NCBI GenBank assembly: GCA_039630355.1
Contig: JBCNVF010000014.1
Location: 1-62,293, forward strand
Direction: 5' to 3'
DNA length: 62,293 nucleotides
Source of the DNA: Brevinematia bacterium
Lineage (GTDB): Bacteria; Spirochaetota; Brevinematia; DTOW01
Shown here in pieces: positions 47,543-57,057 of this stretch. A program made the position numbers and the translations under genes. Numbering within the stretch: position 1 is the stretch's first letter; every line of letters begins with the position of its first letter. The notes under the pieces were generated by a model. It saw only the letters and a list, made by a program, of their open reading frames with translations. It did not search any database and was not told where the DNA came from.

Positions 47543-49963
47543 ATGAGAAGATTCGTGTTTTTTATTTTCGCTATTGTCTTTGTAGTAAAGCTGTCTTGTA
47601 TTTTTGCAGATTGGCGTGATATTGACGGATATAGGATAAGAAAAATTGTTTTTGAAAAGTTATCAAGGCAGTGTGAGAGCCTTATAAGGGAGGTTATTAC
47701 TATAAGGGAGGGGGAAGAAATTGATTTTAATAAACTTGTTGAGTCAACAAAAAGTATATATAGATTGAGTATTCTTTATGACTTTAGAGTTGAGTATAAC
47801 ATAGTTGATGAGAGTAAAAAACTTGTTGACATTTACATAGTTGGTAAGGAAGCAGATATTGTAGATGAAGTCAAGATTGTTGGTAGTAAAAGTGTTCAAC
47901 CTGATGACCTTAAGGAGCTTATCACTATACGAAAGGGGGATCACATAAGTCAAGGAAAGATCTACGGTAGCATATTGGCAATGAAGCATAAGTATAAGGA
48001 AGAAGGACTGCTAGATGTTGAGATAAAACATTATTTCTCTAGAGATGAGAATGGAAAACTTACCTTGACGTTTGAAGTATTGGAGGGACCTAGAAGCATA
48101 GTGAAGAGTATAAAACTATTGGGTGTCTCAAATATAAGTGAAGGTGATATTAAGGCAGTTATTGACACTAAAGAAGAGGTAAGATTTCTCGGATTACCTA
48201 TAACTAGAGGATATTTTGATCCTGATAAATTTTCAAAGGATGTTGAGAAGATAAAGTATTTCTATAGTTCAAGGGGGTTTATTGACGCTAAGGTTATTTC
48301 TACAAATATCACGGTAAGTAATTTCTACGAGAATCAAACCAACCTTACTGAGAAGCATGTTTATATACTTTTGGAGGTTTCTGAGGGTAGTAGATACTAC
48401 TTTGGAAAGATTTCTATAGTTGGGGAGACTAGAGCCTTTACTAAGGATGATATTATGCAAAAATTTCCTTTCCTTAAGGGTGATGTGTTTGCTCAAGATC
48501 AGTTTGATAAGTGGATGTACAAGGTTAGTAGGATGTATTGGGATAGGGGATATGTATTTGCTAAGGTTGATAAAAAGATTGAGAAAGATGAGGAGACGAA
48601 GGTTGTGAATATTGAGGTTAACATTTATGAGGGTGATATAGGACATATTGGGAACATAGTTGTGGTTGGAAATACTTACACAAGGACCTATGTTATTGAG
48701 AGGGAGCTTGAGATCAGGGAAGGGGAGATTTTTACTGTAAACAAGCTACAGAGAAGCATAGAAAGACTTAACATGACGCAGTATTTTGAAAAAGTTGAGT
48801 GGGAGGTTAGGGAAGGTGAGGCAGAAGGAGTAATGGATCTGATTTTTAGGGTAAAAGAGGGTAGAACGGGAATTGTTTCACTTAGTGCTGGATATGGTTC
48901 GGTTAGCGGGTTTACTGTCAGTGGAAGTATCTCACATATTAACCTTTTTGGAACTGGTAAGAAGATCCAAGGAAAGATAGAAGTAGGACAGAATCAGCAG
49001 GGGGTGAATCTATCATTTACTGAGCCTTATCTTTTTGGTTCTTTGTTCTCCTTTTCAACTTCAATATATTTTTACAATACGTTGGTGCAGAATATTTTAG
49101 TTGATGATGATAGAGATGGAACTTCAGAAAGGACTAACGGAAGTTACTGGCAGACAAAATTGGGATTGGGACTAAATGTGAGTAGAAGAATAGGTAGTTA
49201 TTATAGTCTAGGTGCTGGATATTCAGTATACTCCACGATAACTCACGATAAGACTTTTGATAATGCTTACGATGAAAGTGTTGTTAAAGAGTTAACACTT
49301 ACATATGTTAGTAATTGGTGGGAGATTTACAGAGGTAAGTTAAAGAGTTCCCTAAGCTTAAATTTTACATTTGATAGCAGAGATGCTCCTTTAGCTTCTA
49401 CTAAAGGAGTCAGTGGAGGAGTGTATTTTGATTATGTTGGGCACTTGATCGGTGGGTTTTTTGAATTTTTAAAACTAAGTGCTAACTTTTCGTTCTACCA
49501 ATCAATACCTATAACTGATGAGTATAAGCTTGTTTGGGTTTTGTATACATCGCATGGGATTATATTACCACAATTGAGTGGTAGGTTGGAGTATGAAACT
49601 CTTGATCTTTTTTGGTTTGATGGGTATTACGAGCTTAGAGGGTGGGGAGGAAGAGGTATAAGAGGTAGAGTAAAATCTTTCTATTCCTCAGAACTTAGGG
49701 CTCCTATCTACGGAAATGAGCTTTGGGGAGTAATGTTTACTGACCTAGGTTCTATGTTTTCCGACCCGCAACTATATACCACATTCTTGGATAGATACTA
49801 TGGTAGCTTTGGACTAGGAGCTATGATAAATATTCCAGGATTTCCTATAAGAATCTATCTCGCTCGCCAGATAGTGTTTGAAAATAGTATTCCTAAGCTC
49901 TACTTAAGTGATAAGTTTTTTGAAAACTGGCAATTCGTTTTTGCTATACAAGGACTGTTCTAG
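47543..49963 (+). CDS. bamA: Outer-membrane protein assembly factor BamA
   Basis: POTRA repeats (VGNTYTRTYVIEREL), FTEPYL, YELRGW, C-terminal barrel ending in F; GTG 47540 is an alternative start. Confidence 0.93.
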   Translation: MRRFVFFIFAIVFVVKLSCIFADWRDIDGYRIRKIVFEKLSRQCESLIREVITIREGEEIDFNKLVESTKSIYRLSILYDFRVEYNIVDESKKLVDIYIVGKEADIVDEVKIVGSKSVQPDDLKELITIRKGDHISQGKIYGSILAMKHKYKEEGLLDVEIKHYFSRDENGKLTLTFEVLEGPRSIVKSIKLLGVSNISEGDIKAVIDTKEEVRFLGLPITRGYFDPDKFSKDVEKIKYFYSSRGFIDAKVISTNITVSNFYENQTNLTEKHVYILLEVSEGSRYYFGKISIVGETRAFTKDDIMQKFPFLKGDVFAQDQFDKWMYKVSRMYWDRGYVFAKVDKKIEKDEETKVVNIEVNIYEGDIGHIGNIVVVGNTYTRTYVIERELEIREGEIFTVNKLQRSIERLNMTQYFEKVEWEVREGEAEGVMDLIFRVKEGRTGIVSLSAGYGSVSGFTVSGSISHINLFGTGKKIQGKIEVGQNQQGVNLSFTEPYLFGSLFSFSTSIYFYNTLVQNILVDDDRDGTSERTNGSYWQTKLGLGLNVSRRIGSYYSLGAGYSVYSTITHDKTFDNAYDESVVKELTLTYVSNWWEIYRGKLKSSLSLNFTFDSRDAPLASTKGVSGGVYFDYVGHLIGGFFEFLKLSANFSFYQSIPITDEYKLVWVLYTSHGIILPQLSGRLEYETLDLFWFDGYYELRGWGGRGIRGRVKSFYSSELRAPIYGNELWGVMFTDLGSMFSDPQLYTTFLDRYYGSFGLGAMINIPGFPIRIYLARQIVFENSIPKLYLSDKFFENWQFVFAIQGLF

Positions 49964-50036
49964 AGATCTCTACTTTTTACACTATGGTTAGAATAAGAAA
50001 ACCAGTTTTCGATTTTTCTAGAAGATTAACGAAAGG

Positions 50037-50990
50037 TTAGTCAATACTTAGACTAACTTCACCGAAACTGAATTTCCTGATTTTGTTGTTTTCCTCAACA
50101 ATTATTTCTCCTGATTTAGATACATCTATAAACTTGCATTTTATTTCCTCGTCACCAGACTTAATAATTATGTTTTTGCCAATAAGTCCCATATTTCCCT
50201 TCCATTTCTTGAACAAAGTATCGTAATTTAGAGATAGATTTTCTTCAAAGTTAGAGATTATCTTGTTTATTATTGTAGCTCTCTTTACTTCAAAACCTAA
50301 TATTTCGTAAACAGAAGTTGCTGTAGGAATGGTCCTGCTTGTACAACTATTTACATTCAGTCCAATTCCTAGAACTAGAAGTTCAACTAAGCCTGTGTCA
50401 CATTGAATTGTGCTTTCAATGAGTATTCCACAAAGTTTTTTATCGTTGTAGTAGATGTCGTTAGGCCATTTTATGAAGATCTCTTCTATATCAAACTCTC
50501 TTAGTGTGTCAACTACAGATAGAGAAATTGAGATAGAGTATCTAATGATTGTATCAGTTGATACCATAGGTTTTAGAACTATACTCATTGTGATGTCTTT
50601 ATCTTTTTCGGAATACCAACTTCTACCAAGCCTACCTCTACCTTTTGTTTGTTCCCTTGCTATTACAACAGTTTTGTTTCTAATTGTGTCTGAGTTTTTG
50701 AGACAGTAATCATTAGTTGAGGGTAGTGAATCAAAAACTAAAATTTCATATTCAGATATCGGACCACCTCTGGATTTGATCAAGGATGGATACATTACAT
50801 CAGGAATTGTTGCAATTCTGTATCCTATTCCTTTGTAGGTTTCTATTTCAAAACCTTCCTTTTGTAGGTCCTTTATGTATCTGTTGACCATTACTCTGCT
50901 TATGCCTATTGTTTTGGCTATATTTTCTCCTGAGATTATACCTCCATTAAGTAGCACTGACAGTAGTTCGTCTTTTTTATTCTTCTTCAT
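50037..50990 (-). CDS. birA: Bifunctional biotin ligase/repressor BirA
   Basis: N-terminal HTH (ISGENIAKTIGISR), STND, QTKGRGRLGRSW, KWPND, KLCGIL. Confidence 0.93.
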   Translation of the reverse strand: MKKNKKDELLSVLLNGGIISGENIAKTIGISRVMVNRYIKDLQKEGFEIETYKGIGYRIATIPDVMYPSLIKSRGGPISEYEILVFDSLPSTNDYCLKNSDTIRNKTVVIAREQTKGRGRLGRSWYSEKDKDITMSIVLKPMVSTDTIIRYSISISLSVVDTLREFDIEEIFIKWPNDIYYNDKKLCGILIESTIQCDTGLVELLVLGIGLNVNSCTSRTIPTATSVYEILGFEVKRATIINKIISNFEENLSLNYDTLFKKWKGNMGLIGKNIIIKSGDEEIKCKFIDVSKSGEIIVEENNKIRKFSFGEVSLSID

Positions 50991-51043
50991 AGCTTAAGTA
51001 TATTCACGAGTACATACTTTTTTCTAGTTGAAAACTCCAAGTT

Positions 51044-51227
51044 CAATAGATTCTAATTTCCGAGTGTCACTTTACATTTAACTTTCGGCTTTCATTAAGA
51101 GAACAATTTTAACCAGTCCTAACTAGGGTTACGAGAGAAATAGGAAAAAACTGCACCTAGTTCAGATAGGGACTACGATGGAAACAAAATGAAAACCATA
51201 CTTGATCATCAAATTTTGGATTTATTA
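51044..51227 (+). mobile_element. Rearranged copy (I) of the TIR element
   Basis: Left CAATAGATTCTAATTTCC; right AAATTTTGGATTTATTA; the hairpin-to-AAAAACT segment is present twice in tandem. Confidence 0.7.
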
Positions 51228-51350
51228 GACTACCCAAAGTGAACTTGAAGGAAAAAAGTGAGTTTAGAGAAAATAATTGTCTAGAGGACTGAAGATTCTC
51301 TGTAAAGGTGTCAATTATTTTGGTGTTTGGTAGTTTTTGTTGGGGTTGAG

Positions 51351-53039
51351 ATGAAATTATTTATAGTTGAGTCTCCCGCTAAGGCAAGGACTATTAAGTC
51401 ATACCTTGGGAGGGATTTTGTAGTTATTGCGACGATGGGGCATATAAGAGATTTACCACGGAAGGAGATGGGGATTGATTTCGTAAGGCTTGAGCCGAGA
51501 TATGTTTTTTTACCCGGAAAGAGAAAGATTGTGAAGAGGATTGTTGAGCTTGCGAAGAAGTCTGAGGAGGTTATACTTGCTTCGGACAAGGACAGAGAAG
51601 GTGAGATAATCTCACTTCATGTGAAAGAGATTGTGTCAAAGTATGTTGGTAAAACTAAGAGGATTGAGTTTACTGAAGTGACTAAGGAAGGGATATTGAA
51701 CGCTTTGCAATCGCCAAGAGATATAGATCATAACCTTGTTAATGCTCAGAAGACTAGGAGAATGTTGGATAGAGTTGTTGGGTATGTAATATCACCAATT
51801 CTGTTTAGGCACTTTAGGGGGATGTTCAAAGGAAAGTCGTTTTCTGCTGGTAGGGTTCAATCACCAGCTCTTAGGTTGGTTTGTGAGAGAGAGTTGGAGA
51901 TAAGAAATTTTACACCTCTAGCTTACTATGACGTTATGCTTGAGAGTGAGAGAGATGGAAAAACTTTCTTTTTGAAGTTGGTTAGTGAAAGGTTGGGAGA
52001 CAAGGAAGTGAAATTTGGTCCTGATAATAGAATAAACGAAGAGAAGCTAAGTGAGATAAAAGATAATGTTAACCTCTCGGATGTTAGGGTTGTTTTTTCA
52101 AAAAAGTTTAGAGACAGTATAAAGCCTTTACCTCCGTTTAAAACTAGCACTTTACAACAGGAAGCTTCAGCTAAACTAGGTTTCACTCCGTCAAAAACTA
52201 TGAAGATTGCCCAAGAGTTATACGAGGGGATTGAGATAGACGGAGAATTCGTAGGGTTGATAACCTACATTAGGACTGATTCTGTGAGAATTTCGGAGTA
52301 TGCTCTAAAGAGGGTTAGAGAGTTTATAAGGGAAAGATTGGGAGAAGAGTATTTGCCACCCTTACCTAGGGTTTATGAGGGTAGGGATGATGAACAAGGT
52401 GCTCATGAATGTATAAGGCCTACGGATGTGTACAGGGTTCCAGTTTCTTTAAAAGGTAAGATACCTGATGGACATTTTAGGTTGTATGAACTTATATGGA
52501 AGAGATTTCTGGCAAGTCAGATGAAAGATGCTGTTGTGGAAACAGCTGAGGTTTTAGTTAGCGACGGTAGATATAGTTTCTATGGAGTTTCAAAGATAGT
52601 TGTTGACAGGCAGTTTCTCAACTTCTATCCTCACAGTATTCCTGAGGAAGTATTTTTACCTTCATTAAAGGAAGGAGAAAAACTAGTGCCTGCTAGGCTA
52701 GTTTATGGTAGAAAGGTGACTCAACCACCACCGAGGTATACAGAGGCTACCCTTATAAAAAAGCTTGAAGATGAAGGGATTGGTAGACCTTCAACTTATG
52801 CTACCATTGTCTCAACGTTGATAGCTAGAAAGTATGTTGAAAAAAAGGGTAAATCTCTTGTTCCTACTGAATTGGGGTTTGCGGTATATGAATTTCTAAA
52901 GAAAAATTATCCGTCTGTTGTGGATCTAGGACTAACATCTTATATGGAGTCAATGCTTGATAAAGTTGAGAGTGGGGAGGTGAAAGATTGGAAAAGAATT
53001 TTCGTTGAGTTGCTTAACAAAGCAAAAATATCAATCTAG
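51351..53039 (+). CDS. topA: DNA topoisomerase I (type IA), catalytic core only
   Basis: IVESPAKA, GHIRDLP, ASDKDREGE, SAGRVQS, GLITYIRTDS (catalytic Tyr), GIGRPST. Confidence 0.92.
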   Translation: MKLFIVESPAKARTIKSYLGRDFVVIATMGHIRDLPRKEMGIDFVRLEPRYVFLPGKRKIVKRIVELAKKSEEVILASDKDREGEIISLHVKEIVSKYVGKTKRIEFTEVTKEGILNALQSPRDIDHNLVNAQKTRRMLDRVVGYVISPILFRHFRGMFKGKSFSAGRVQSPALRLVCERELEIRNFTPLAYYDVMLESERDGKTFFLKLVSERLGDKEVKFGPDNRINEEKLSEIKDNVNLSDVRVVFSKKFRDSIKPLPPFKTSTLQQEASAKLGFTPSKTMKIAQELYEGIEIDGEFVGLITYIRTDSVRISEYALKRVREFIRERLGEEYLPPLPRVYEGRDDEQGAHECIRPTDVYRVPVSLKGKIPDGHFRLYELIWKRFLASQMKDAVVETAEVLVSDGRYSFYGVSKIVVDRQFLNFYPHSIPEEVFLPSLKEGEKLVPARLVYGRKVTQPPPRYTEATLIKKLEDEGIGRPSTYATIVSTLIARKYVEKKGKSLVPTELGFAVYEFLKKNYPSVVDLGLTSYMESMLDKVESGEVKDWKRIFVELLNKAKISI

Positions 53040-53506
53040 AGCTTTCTATACTTTTCTACAATAGAGAGTGTCTCAAAGAAGGTTTTTAGAGCTTCTTTTA
53101 GTTCGGTATCTTTTACCTTGCTAGTGAGTTTTTCTATCTTTCTCTTTTTTTCGGTAGTAATGCTGGGAGTAGTTTCTTTCTCTTTTTTTTCGTTTCCAAG
53201 AAGGGAACTGAATTTAGTGAATTTATTTATGTCATACACTGTTTTTATCGTTTTCACTGTTAGTTTGGTTTCCTCTTTTATTCTTCTTTTTAGTTCGTTT
53301 TGGCTGAAGTAGATCTCGTTGGCTATGATGGGGTCATCGCAAGCTATGTAAAGCTCTGATTTTTTCACAAAAAACTTATAGGGGACCGCATGCTTGAAGA
53401 GAAAATCTCCTGCTATATTTTTCCAGTTGGAGAGAATGGAGTACATTATTGACATACTTGGAGGTATGTATCTTGAGAGTAGTTTTTTTACGATGGATGA
53501 GATCAT
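53036..53506 (-). CDS. dciA: DciA (DUF721) family helicase-loading protein
   Basis: I..NWKNIAG...HAVP...LYIACDDP..ANEI pattern; basic C-terminal tail. Confidence 0.65.
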   Translation of the reverse strand: MISSIVKKLLSRYIPPSMSIMYSILSNWKNIAGDFLFKHAVPYKFFVKKSELYIACDDPIIANEIYFSQNELKRRIKEETKLTVKTIKTVYDINKFTKFSSLLGNEKKEKETTPSITTEKKRKIEKLTSKVKDTELKEALKTFFETLSIVEKYRKL

Positions 53507-54372
53507 TTTGATAGTTCTCTAGATTTTTTTGTTGCTTCTTCAACTGCCTTGATGAAGGCAAACCTGAGCCTATTTTCTTCAAGGGCCTTTATGCCTTCGG
53601 CAGTTGTGCCACCGGGGGACATTACCATATCTTTTAAAGCCTCAGGGTGTAGTTTGCTGAAGTTTTCCAAAACCATCTTTGCACTTCCTAGCACAGTTTG
53701 TGCGGAAAGTAATAAAGCGTCATTTCTGCTAAGTCCCATTCTCACTCCTCCATCCGCAAGAGCTTGTATGACCATAAATATATATGCAGGACCACTTCCA
53801 GAAAGTCCTGTTACTACGTCAATAAGATCCTCATTTTCAACAACCACTCCCTTACCGAGCTGTTCAAAAAGTTTTAAAACGATTCCCCTATTCTTTTCTT
53901 CTACTTTCTCGCTGAAGAATATTCCAAATGCTCCTTCTCCAACCAAAGTAGGAGTGTTTGGCATTACTCTGACTATTTGCACTTGACCACCTATTGCTTC
54001 TTCTATCTTCTCAACCCTAATGCCTGCAAGAATAGATATTAGTACTTTATCTTTGATAAGTGAGAGATAGGCTTCATTTCTTTTGTCTATTGCCTCGTTG
54101 ATCATGTGTTTTACTTCTCTGAGTGAGTTGGTTAAGTCTTTGGGCTTAACACATAGGAATATTATGTTGCAGGTGTTGAACAGAGAGGTAACACTATCAA
54201 GAGTTTTCAGTCCGGCATTTCTTGCCTCTTTCATCTTATTCTCATCTTTGTCGTAGACGTAGAAGTTTTCGTTTGGAATGATGCTATCTTTTGCATAGAG
54301 TAATCCTTTAGCTAGGGCACTGCCCATATTACCAAAGCCTATGAAGCCCAAGTTTTTGTTTAGCTTTTCCAT
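53503..54372 (-). CDS. proC: Pyrroline-5-carboxylate reductase
   Basis: GFIGFGNMG, LCVKP, RVMPNTP, TGLSGSGPAY, SPGGTT. Confidence 0.96.
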   Translation of the reverse strand: MEKLNKNLGFIGFGNMGSALAKGLLYAKDSIIPNENFYVYDKDENKMKEARNAGLKTLDSVTSLFNTCNIIFLCVKPKDLTNSLREVKHMINEAIDKRNEAYLSLIKDKVLISILAGIRVEKIEEAIGGQVQIVRVMPNTPTLVGEGAFGIFFSEKVEEKNRGIVLKLFEQLGKGVVVENEDLIDVVTGLSGSGPAYIFMVIQALADGGVRMGLSRNDALLLSAQTVLGSAKMVLENFSKLHPEALKDMVMSPGGTTAEGIKALEENRLRFAFIKAVEEATKKSRELSK

Positions 54373-54499
54373 ATGGTGTATTCTGTCTGGATAGAAAGTA
54401 TATTAGCGGAGGAATACTGCCGGCAAGTTAGAGAAGTTTTTGATTGCCAGACCATAAGTTGGTGGAAGTTTTAAACCTTTGAAATGTTATTTTGGAGAC

Positions 54500-54550
54500 A
54501 AGAAGTTTAAGAAGTTAGGAGAGGGTGGATGATAGGATTGAAATTTACTG
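54500..54550 (-). mobile_element. Possible solo end (K) of the TIR element
   Basis: ATTGAAATTTACTG versus ATTGGAATTTATTG (12/14, both transitions), preceded by AGAAGTTT as in copy C. Confidence 0.25.
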
Positions 54551-54602
54551 AATTTTCGTTTTAACTAGAAAATAGTATTTTTTGAAATAGATAATATTTT
54601 TT

Positions 54603-55799
54603 ATGCAGACTATTGGTGAGGTTTTTTTAAAGAAAAAGGCTGAGAAAAGGGTGAGGAATTTTTATCTTTGGGTATACAAAGATGACATAAAGAAGCTTTC
54701 GTTTAGTGGTAATAGAGAAGGATGGGTTTCGGTGTTAACGGAGGATGGGGATTTTATTTGCAAAGGTTTTTATTCTCCTGATGTTTCTAAACCTGTTAAG
54801 GTGTTTTCGTATGACAGAAACGTGAATGTTGATATTGAGGTGAAGAAGAGGATTTTATTTTCTTTTGAGATGCGTAGGAAGCTTGGTTTTTCGGGGGTGA
54901 TTGATAGCGAAAACTTCCGGGTTGTTTATTCTGAGTCTGATTTTCTTCCGGGACTGATAATTGACAAGTATGAGGAATTTGTTGGGATACAGCTGAGAAA
55001 CAGGCTTTTTGAGAGTTTAAGGGATGTGGTAGTGGATAGCATAGTGAAGTTTATTGAGGTTGAGAATATTTACGAGAGAAGCTATGGTGAGGCAAGGGAA
55101 GAGGAAGAGAAATTGCAGTCAAGGAATGTTCCTGTTAAGGGGAGAATTCCCGAACTTATTAGAATTAGGGAGAATGGGTTGCAGTTTGTTTTTGATCCTT
55201 TTAAGGGACAGAAGACTGGTTTTTTCCTAGATCAGAGTGTTAATAGAGAGATTGTTGCTGGTTTGTGTTCTTATGGAATGAAGGTTTTGGATGTATTTAG
55301 TTATGTTGGGGGATTTGGAATATACTGTGCCAAGAAAGGGGCTAAGGTTGTGTGTATTGAAAAAAATGAATATTACTCGGATCTTATAAGGGAGAACTCT
55401 TTGATGAATGATGTGAAAGAGAATGTTAGTGTTGTAGTTGGGGATGCTTTTGAGAAAGTAAAAGAGGTTGATGATAGGTTTGATTTGATCATTCTTGATC
55501 CACCTACTTTTGTAAAGAGCTTATCGGAGTCTAGAAAGAGATTGCCTGCGTTTATAAGCTTAATAAAGTCTTCTCTTTCACTTCTAAAACCTGAAGGCAA
55601 GCTTATAGTTTTTACATGTTCCTACAATTTGTTGAAAGAGCACTTTGTTGCTGCTATAAGAATAGCTGGGATGGAACTTGGGGTAAGATTGAGAATAGAG
55701 AGAGAACTGTTGCAGTCTCCAGATCATCCTTGGATACTACAGATGCCTGAGACTTTATACCTTAGGGGGTTTATCGTTTCAAAGCTACCCAAGTTTTAG
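54603..55799 (+). CDS. RlmI/RlmK-like class I SAM-dependent rRNA methyltransferase
   Basis: PUA-like N-terminus, ESDFLPGLIID, GQKTGFFLDQ, LDVFSYVGGF, LDPP, FTCS. Confidence 0.85.
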   Translation: MQTIGEVFLKKKAEKRVRNFYLWVYKDDIKKLSFSGNREGWVSVLTEDGDFICKGFYSPDVSKPVKVFSYDRNVNVDIEVKKRILFSFEMRRKLGFSGVIDSENFRVVYSESDFLPGLIIDKYEEFVGIQLRNRLFESLRDVVVDSIVKFIEVENIYERSYGEAREEEEKLQSRNVPVKGRIPELIRIRENGLQFVFDPFKGQKTGFFLDQSVNREIVAGLCSYGMKVLDVFSYVGGFGIYCAKKGAKVVCIEKNEYYSDLIRENSLMNDVKENVSVVVGDAFEKVKEVDDRFDLIILDPPTFVKSLSESRKRLPAFISLIKSSLSLLKPEGKLIVFTCSYNLLKEHFVAAIRIAGMELGVRLRIERELLQSPDHPWILQMPETLYLRGFIVSKLPKF

Positions 55800-55800
55800 G

Positions 55801-56310
55801 CTACAGGTATTTTTTCCTTCTGAATAGGTCTGTGTGGAGATTTTTTATTCTATCAATGAAGAGAATGCCATCTAGGTGATCTATCTCGTGTTGTATCACT
55901 ACTGCCTCCATGCCTTCGGTTTCTATCTCGGTTTCTCTAAACTGTCTGTCCAGTCCTCTGACAACTATTTTTGCGGACCTTTCAACATTCCCAGTATAGT
56001 CTGGTATGCTTATACATCCCTCTCTAACTATCACTTTCCCTTCTGAGTAAGTTATTTTTGGATTTATTAGAACAATGAGTCCATGTGTTAGTGTTGTTTT
56101 TTTATTGTTTCTTGCATCTACAACTATTATTCTTTTTGGCACTCCTACTTGGGGTGAAGAGATTCCGATTCCTCCGGGACAGTTGTACATAGTTTCTATA
56201 AGATCATCTATGAACTTTTGTAGTTCTTCTTCGTTTTGCTCCTCTGGTGATACTTCGCTGGCAATCTCCTTAAGTCTAGGATCGGGGATCTTTAGCACAT
56301 TCAGAATCAT
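55801..56310 (-). CDS. def: Peptide deformylase
   Basis: GIGISSPQVG, EGCISIP, QHEIDHLDGILF. Confidence 0.93.
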   Translation of the reverse strand: MILNVLKIPDPRLKEIASEVSPEEQNEEELQKFIDDLIETMYNCPGGIGISSPQVGVPKRIIVVDARNNKKTTLTHGLIVLINPKITYSEGKVIVREGCISIPDYTGNVERSAKIVVRGLDRQFRETEIETEGMEAVVIQHEIDHLDGILFIDRIKNLHTDLFRRKKYL

Positions 56311-56312
56311 GA

Positions 56313-56858
56313 CTACATCTCCACTTCCTCTATCTCTTCAACACTAACTTCAAGTCCCATGTCTTTGCAGATTTTTTCAATCCTCTCTTTGAGAAATTCT
56401 ATTGATGAAATATTACTACCGTCAACAGTTATGGACATAATATATAGCTTTTTCCCCTCAGACTCTATAACATCTGTGAATAGATCAATTATGTTTATGT
56501 TGTTGATGAAGAGAAGGTTGGTGACGTTGAATACAATTCCTGGCTTGTCTGCACCATATACATTGATTACGAAGGTTTTTTTAGGGACTTTTTGCACTTC
56601 AATATATTCCTCGGGATCAATTTCTCTGATAATTATCTCTATATCCATCTCGTATTCAACTCTTTTAAGTTCTCTTTTCAGGAAGTGGTAGTTTTTTTCC
56701 TCAAAGAGTGTGAATATCAGTATGATAGTAAATTCTCCTTGTAGTAGTGACATTCTTGAGCCTTCAATACTGCATCCTGCTTTAAACAGAACTTCGGAGA
56801 CCTTTGCTACTATTCCCGGTTTATCTTTACCTATACATGTTAGTGCAAGCTTTTTCAT
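56313..56858 (-). CDS. Tandem ACT-domain protein (GcvR-like)
   Basis: GKDKPGIV and GADKPGIV ACT repeats. Confidence 0.8.
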   Translation of the reverse strand: MKKLALTCIGKDKPGIVAKVSEVLFKAGCSIEGSRMSLLQGEFTIILIFTLFEEKNYHFLKRELKRVEYEMDIEIIIREIDPEEYIEVQKVPKKTFVINVYGADKPGIVFNVTNLLFINNINIIDLFTDVIESEGKKLYIMSITVDGSNISSIEFLKERIEKICKDMGLEVSVEEIEEVEM

Positions 56859-57057
56859 AGCAAACTATTATGAGTAATGGCTTCTGTAGAAATAAAATTA
56901 GCTTTATTAAAAAGCTTGAATTTAGCTAGAGATTTAGTCATTCTCTGCAAGTACTATCTTTCCATAGTTATTTTTTGTATTATTCTTCCTTTACTTCTAC
57001 TTGTGGTGGGTAGGTAGAGATAAGGTGTTTACTTTGAATCAACCTATCTTACGTAGT

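Noticed and set aside
2343-54550. Dispersed repeats as a CRISPR array or REP/BIME cluster
   Set aside because: The copies are isolated, about 210 bp long, TIR-bounded and not separated by regular spacers; no cas or REP-associated tyrosine transposase gene is present.
56860-57057. Possible element relic between the ACT and GT4 genes
   Set aside because: Only scattered 6-8 nt patches match and there is no convincing TIR.
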